Assembly (NCBI GenBank): GCA_036505215.1
Contig: DASXTW010000085.1
Location: 656 to 64,655, forward strand
Direction: 5' to 3'
Origin: Actinomycetota bacterium
Lineage (GTDB): Bacteria; Actinomycetota; UBA4738
DNA length: 64,000 bases
The notes under the pieces were generated by a model. That model saw only the letters and a program-made list of their open reading frames with translations, did not search any database and was not told the origin of the DNA. The translations under genes and the position numbers were made by a program. This document shows positions 59,871 through 64,000 of the stretch, one piece after another. The first letter of the stretch is position 1. The number at the start of each line of letters is the position of its first letter.

Positions 59871-60755
59871 GTGCCCGCCCAGGACCACTTCTACGGAGGC
59901 CAGGCGGTCCTCGAGGGGGTGATGATGCGCGGCCGCGATCACTGGGCGATCGCGGTTCGCCGGCCCGATCAGACCTTGCACGTCGAGGCGCACGAGATCG
60001 AGTCGATCGCCAAGCGCTTCCCGATCCTGGCCAAACCCGGGCTGCGAGGGGTCATCGCGTTGGGCCAAGCCCTCTCCATAGGGGTGAAGGCTCTGACGGT
60101 CTCGGCGAATCACGCCGTCGAGGAAGAACAACGGCTCACCAAGGGCCAGATGGTCAGCTCCATGGTCCTTGCCTTCGTGCTGTTCACCTTGGTCTTCATC
60201 GTCGGTCCGTATCTGGGATTCCGGCTGGTTCGCAGGGATGTGCCCTCGAGCCTGGTCAGGAACGTTCTGGAGGGCGTCTTCCGGGTCCTCCTGTTCCTCG
60301 TGTACCTGGCTGCCATCGGCCGGATGAAGGAGATCCGGAGGGTCTTCCAGTACCACGGTGCCGAGCACAAGACCATCGCAGCCTACGAGCACGGAGATCC
60401 GCTGCAGCCCGAGGCCGTCGACAGATACTCCACGCTGCACGTCCGGTGCGGGACGAACTTCCTTCTCATCGTGATGGTGCTGACCATCCTGGTGTACACG
60501 GCATTCGGATCGCGCGGCCTGGTGGCCGGCATCCTGTTTCGTATCGTGGCCATCCCCGTCATCGCGGGGGTTTCCTATGAGCTCCTCCGGCTGGGTGCTC
60601 GCTATACCCAGTCCAGGACCATGCGCGTATTGATGGCGCCGGGGCTGTGGCTCCAGAAGATCACCACGCGTAAGCCCGACCGAGACCAGATCGAGGTGGC
60701 CATCACGGCATTCGAGGAAGTCCTCCGGCAGGAAGGCACCCTCTCCTCAGCCTGA
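59871..60755 (+). CDS. DUF1385 domain-containing membrane protein (YqhQ-like), commonly linked to rpmE/prfA
   Basis: Family motifs (FYGGQAVLEGVMMRG, QYHGAEHKTI). Confidence 0.75.
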   Translation: MPAQDHFYGGQAVLEGVMMRGRDHWAIAVRRPDQTLHVEAHEIESIAKRFPILAKPGLRGVIALGQALSIGVKALTVSANHAVEEEQRLTKGQMVSSMVLAFVLFTLVFIVGPYLGFRLVRRDVPSSLVRNVLEGVFRVLLFLVYLAAIGRMKEIRRVFQYHGAEHKTIAAYEHGDPLQPEAVDRYSTLHVRCGTNFLLIVMVLTILVYTAFGSRGLVAGILFRIVAIPVIAGVSYELLRLGARYTQSRTMRVLMAPGLWLQKITTRKPDRDQIEVAITAFEEVLRQEGTLSSA

Positions 60756-60774
60756 GGTGCTTGAAGTCGGGTGA

Positions 60775-61593
60775 GTGGCGGCTACAGTCAGTTCCCCGAC
60801 CTTCGGTGCCAGCGAAGAGGAGTGTCGACCCGTGGCGACTCCCGAACCTGAGCGGCACGCGCTCCGTCCCTCCTACATTGCAGGGCGCGGATTCTCCCTG
60901 GGCAGGAAGGGATACGAGCCGGAGGAGGTCCACGAGTTCCTTCGGGAGGTTGCCGAGTACGTGAGCCGACTCCAGGGCGAGGTGGAGTGGCTTCGGGCCC
61001 GAAGCGAGCATCTGGAGCGCCGGAGTGACGCCGCGCAGGAGTCTGCCTACGCACGCCTTTCGCGTGAGTTCATGGAAGTCGTGCGCAGGGCAGACGAGGC
61101 GGCGGGACGGGTGCGGCTCCAAGCGGAAACGAAGGCACAGACGGACATGATGATGGCGCGCAGGGACGCGGAACGAATCCTGAACGAGGCCAGATTTGAA
61201 GCCGAGAGGATCCTGGCCGCGGCCAGGCTCGAAGCCCACGATATCGACTGGCAGTCCAAGCGGCAGGAGGTTCGCTCCGCTGGGCCTTCCGAGGCCGAAT
61301 GGCGGGGAACGGCTGACGCCCCTGGCGTGGATCTCCCCACGGTGGCCGTGGATATCGCCGCGATCTGGGATCGCGATGACGCCGCGTCCCGGCAGGAGCA
61401 GGAGGCGGTTTCGCCCAAGCTGCTCGAGGAGTCATCGCCCCCTGCCATCCACATCCCAGACGCTTGGACGGCCAACGGCCACGTGCCGCCCAGTGATGCC
61501 TCGATGGGGCAAACGAGACCCGATGACCCCGAGGACCTCGACGTGTACCTCGACGTGTCGATCTTCGATCTGTTCGAGAACCCCGAGGACTGA
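60775..61593 (+). CDS. DivIVA domain-containing protein
   Basis: N-terminal DivIVA motif (GRKGYEPEEVHEFLREV) followed by a coiled coil. The start may be downstream of the annotated Met. Confidence 0.65.
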   Translation: MAATVSSPTFGASEEECRPVATPEPERHALRPSYIAGRGFSLGRKGYEPEEVHEFLREVAEYVSRLQGEVEWLRARSEHLERRSDAAQESAYARLSREFMEVVRRADEAAGRVRLQAETKAQTDMMMARRDAERILNEARFEAERILAAARLEAHDIDWQSKRQEVRSAGPSEAEWRGTADAPGVDLPTVAVDIAAIWDRDDAASRQEQEAVSPKLLEESSPPAIHIPDAWTANGHVPPSDASMGQTRPDDPEDLDVYLDVSIFDLFENPED

Positions 61594-61684
61594 GCCCCCG
61601 ACCGGGGGGTTCGGGGGGCTCAAGCAGTGAGGCGGAGCCGAGCGTAGCCCCCCGACACGAGAGCCCGATCCGAGACAGCGATAA

Positions 61685-62788
61685 TTGCTGGATATGGCAT
61701 TCCGTGAACGGCTCGAGGAGATCGAGCACCGCTACGACGAGCTGACCCGGGAACTCTCGAGCCCCGAGGTCTCGGCGGACCCTGCCCGCCTTCGGGACCT
61801 CGGGAAGCGCCACGCGGAGCTGCATGAGATCGTCACCACGCATCGGGCCCATCAACGCGCGCTCGACCAGGCTCAGGAGGCTCGTTCTCTCGCTCGGGAA
61901 GAGAAGGACGCCGAGATGGCGGCGTTCTTTCGCTCCGAGGCGGCGGAGGCGGAGGTGAGGGCCGCCAGGCTCGCAAAGGACCTGGAACAGCTCCTGCTTC
62001 CGAAGGACCCCAATGACGACAAGAGCGTCGTTTTGGAGATCCGTGCCGGGGTGGGCGGCCAGGAGGCAGCACTCTTCGCGGGTGAGCTGCTCGAGATGTA
62101 CCGGCGGTACGCGGAGAGGCGGCGCTGGAAGTCGGATGTGTTGTCCTCTAGCCCCTCCGAGCTCGGGGGCTTCAAGGAGGTGGTGCTGGAGGTCCAGGGC
62201 CAGGGCGCGTACTCACGCCTCAAGCACGAGTCGGGCGGCCACCGCGTCCAACGGGTTCCGGTCACGGAGTCCGGAGGGCGCATCCATACCTCCACGGCCA
62301 CGGTCGCCGTCCTCCCCGAGGCCGAGGAGGTCGAAGTCCAGGTCAACCCGGACGACCTCGAAATCGACGTGTTCCGATCATCAGGGCCCGGCGGCCAGAG
62401 CGTCAACACCACCGACTCGGCCGTTCGGGTAACGCACAAGCCGACCGGCATCGTGATATCGGTTCAGGAGGAGCGCTCGCAGCGCCAGAACCGTGAGAAG
62501 GCCATGCGCTACCTCCGAGCCCGATTGCTGAAGCTGGCCCAGGACGAGCAGCAGCGGGAGGAGGCCGCAACCAGGAAGGCTCAGGTGGGAACCGGCGAGC
62601 GCTCGGAGAAGATCAGGACGTACAACTTCCCGCAGAACAGAATCACCGATCACCGAGTCGGACTGTCGGCTCACAATCTCCAGGCGATCCTGGAGGAGGG
62701 CCAGCTGGACGAATTCATCGACGCGCTGCTGGCGGAGGAGCGGCGAAAGCAGCTCGCGGGGGGCGACGGAGACTCCTCGGGCCGATGA
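61685..62788 (+). CDS. prfA: Peptide chain release factor 1
   Basis: GGQ motif (SGPGGQSVNTTDSAVR) and the RF1-type PxT region (PVT). Confidence 0.9.
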   Translation: MLDMAFRERLEEIEHRYDELTRELSSPEVSADPARLRDLGKRHAELHEIVTTHRAHQRALDQAQEARSLAREEKDAEMAAFFRSEAAEAEVRAARLAKDLEQLLLPKDPNDDKSVVLEIRAGVGGQEAALFAGELLEMYRRYAERRRWKSDVLSSSPSELGGFKEVVLEVQGQGAYSRLKHESGGHRVQRVPVTESGGRIHTSTATVAVLPEAEEVEVQVNPDDLEIDVFRSSGPGGQSVNTTDSAVRVTHKPTGIVISVQEERSQRQNREKAMRYLRARLLKLAQDEQQREEAATRKAQVGTGERSEKIRTYNFPQNRITDHRVGLSAHNLQAILEEGQLDEFIDALLAEERRKQLAGGDGDSSGR

Positions 62789-63630
62789 GACCGACGGAGG
62801 TGATCCGGCGGTCGGCCGCGTACCTCGAGGCGCACGGCGTGGACGACCCTCGCGGCACAGTGGAGGAACTGCTGATGCACTTTCTCCAAACGGACAGGGC
62901 CGGCTTGTACACCCGGACGAATGGGCTCGACACGACGACGGCCAGGCTCTTCGGCCGTGCCCTGTGCCAGCGCTGCCACGGTGCTCCTCTCCAGTATTTG
63001 ACCGGGGAGCACCAGTTCATGGACTTGGTGCTCCAGGTTGCGCCTGGCGCGTTCGTTCCCCGGCCCGAGACCGAGCGCCTGGTCGAGGTGGCGCTCGAGC
63101 TCCTCGAATCCGGGCACGCTCCGATCGTGGTGGACGTGGGCACCGGAACCGGCGCGATCGGTCTGGCAATCAAGCGCTACCGTCCGGATGCCCGAGTCCT
63201 GGCCACCGACATCTCATCGGATGCCGTCGAGGTCGCCAGGAGGAATGCCGATCGGCTGAGTCTCGACGTGGAGGTGCTGCGGGGAGATCTGCTGCACCCT
63301 CTCCCGAGGGAACTGGCCGGAAGAGTCGACTTGCTGGTGAGCAATCCGCCCTACGTCACCGAGGAGGAGTACGAGTCGCTCCCCGAGGAGGTCAAGGCCG
63401 AGCCGTATGAGGCTCTCGTCGGTGGGACCGAGGTGCACCGTCGCCTGGCCGAGGCAACGGTCGAGTGGCTGCGTCCCGGCGGCTGGCTGGTGGTGGAGAT
63501 CGGCGCCGATCAAGGGCCAATGGTTCGCGCTCTCTTCCGGGAGCATCTGGCACGCGTGGAGGTCCTCCCGGACCTCGCCGGCCGCGACCGAATTGTCAAG
63601 GGCCGGCGTGCCGCCCGCTCCGGCGTATGA
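62785..63630 (+). CDS. prmC: Release factor glutamine methyltransferase PrmC/HemK
   Basis: SAM-binding motif (VVDVGTGTGAIG) and the NPPY motif (LVSNPPYV). 4-nt overlap with prfA. Confidence 0.9.
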   Translation: MRPTEVIRRSAAYLEAHGVDDPRGTVEELLMHFLQTDRAGLYTRTNGLDTTTARLFGRALCQRCHGAPLQYLTGEHQFMDLVLQVAPGAFVPRPETERLVEVALELLESGHAPIVVDVGTGTGAIGLAIKRYRPDARVLATDISSDAVEVARRNADRLSLDVEVLRGDLLHPLPRELAGRVDLLVSNPPYVTEEEYESLPEEVKAEPYEALVGGTEVHRRLAEATVEWLRPGGWLVVEIGADQGPMVRALFREHLARVEVLPDLAGRDRIVKGRRAARSGV

Positions 63631-64000
63631 CTGTTGTGTTCGAAGTGGATCCGGAGGGACCTGACGAGGCCGGCCAGGCCATCAGGATGACCGCAGATGC
63701 GGTGAAGGCTGGGAAGCTCGTCGTTTTCCCGACCGACACGGTCTATGGGATCGCCTGCCGCCCGGACGACCCGAAGGCCACGAATCGTCTGTTCGAGGCC
63801 AAGCGCCGTCCACCGGCGCTCAACCTGCCCGTGCTGGTCTCCTCTGCCAGGGAAGCAATGGGTCTGGTCGCTTCCAACGAGGCTGCCAGGCGACTGGCTG
63901 AAGTGTTCTGGCCCGGGCCGCTCACGATGGTCCTGCGTCGGGGGGCGCGCTCGAAGGACTGGCTCCTCGGTGAAGCGACGCAGACGATCGGTGTTCGCGT
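63627..64000 (+). CDS. tsaC: L-threonylcarbamoyladenylate synthase TsaC/Sua5 (YrdC domain), 5' part; continues beyond the window
   Basis: YrdC motif (KLVVFPTDTVYGIAC ... FEAKRRP). ATGA overlap with the prmC stop. Confidence 0.85.
   Translation, partial: MTVVFEVDPEGPDEAGQAIRMTADAVKAGKLVVFPTDTVYGIACRPDDPKATNRLFEAKRRPPALNLPVLVSSAREAMGLVASNEAARRLAEVFWPGPLTMVLRRGARSKDWLLGEATQTIGVR

Overview
High-GC (about 70%) bacterial chromosome segment, most likely from an actinobacterium. Evidence for that: the conserved actinobacterial argS-thrC-thrB-rho-rpmE-prfA-prmC-sua5 core synteny, a MarP-like protease, a PAC2-family protein and an RD-rich Rho N-terminus. Gene calls come from reading the six-frame ORFs for family-diagnostic motifs; no database search or HMM was run, so family names are motif-level assignments.

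Contents in order:
- 0.2-4.3 kb: minus-strand drug-efflux operon (MFS transporter, TetR, ABC ATPase, ABC permease) with a tandem palindromic operator in its promoter region.
- 4.5-30.6 kb: gabT, a DinB-like protein, a REC-histidine kinase hybrid, UdgB, an ABC exporter, GNAT, MarR, pgi-pgl, a VIT-family transporter, a PAC2 protein, a GAF-GGDEF-GAF-GAF-HD-GYP protein, ychF, a STAS plus PAS/GAF-PP2C partner-switching pair, a PHP-domain protein and a complete fructose PTS operon (fruR-fruK-IIA-IIBC-ptsH-ptsI).
- 31-41 kb: a dense signalling supercluster. It holds a GAF-PP2C phosphatase, a giant hybrid histidine kinase (about 1700 aa) with a poly-HAMP array of nine or ten 92-aa units that resemble fungal group III (Nik1/Os-1) kinases, a REC-histidine kinase, a REC fused to an RsbW-like GHKL ATPase, and a class III adenylate cyclase.
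- The poly-HAMP kinase is interrupted by two compensating frameshifts inside near-identical 276-bp tandem DNA repeats.
- 41.8-46.2 kb: tRNA-Arg(CCG), argS, GNAT, thrC, thrB.
- 46.4-57.6 kb: an apparent insertion into the core synteny. It carries a glycogen-debranching-type glucosidase, an orphan three-gene type IV pilin-like cluster with a 593-aa pilin, a MarP-like protease, a metallophosphoesterase, an archaeal-type cyclic 2,3-diphosphoglycerate synthetase / 2-phosphoglycerate kinase pair, and a short transaldolase.
- 57.6-64.0 kb: rho, rpmE, a DUF1385 protein, a DivIVA-domain protein, prfA, prmC and a partial tsaC/sua5.

No CRISPR array, rRNA or obvious mobile element was seen.
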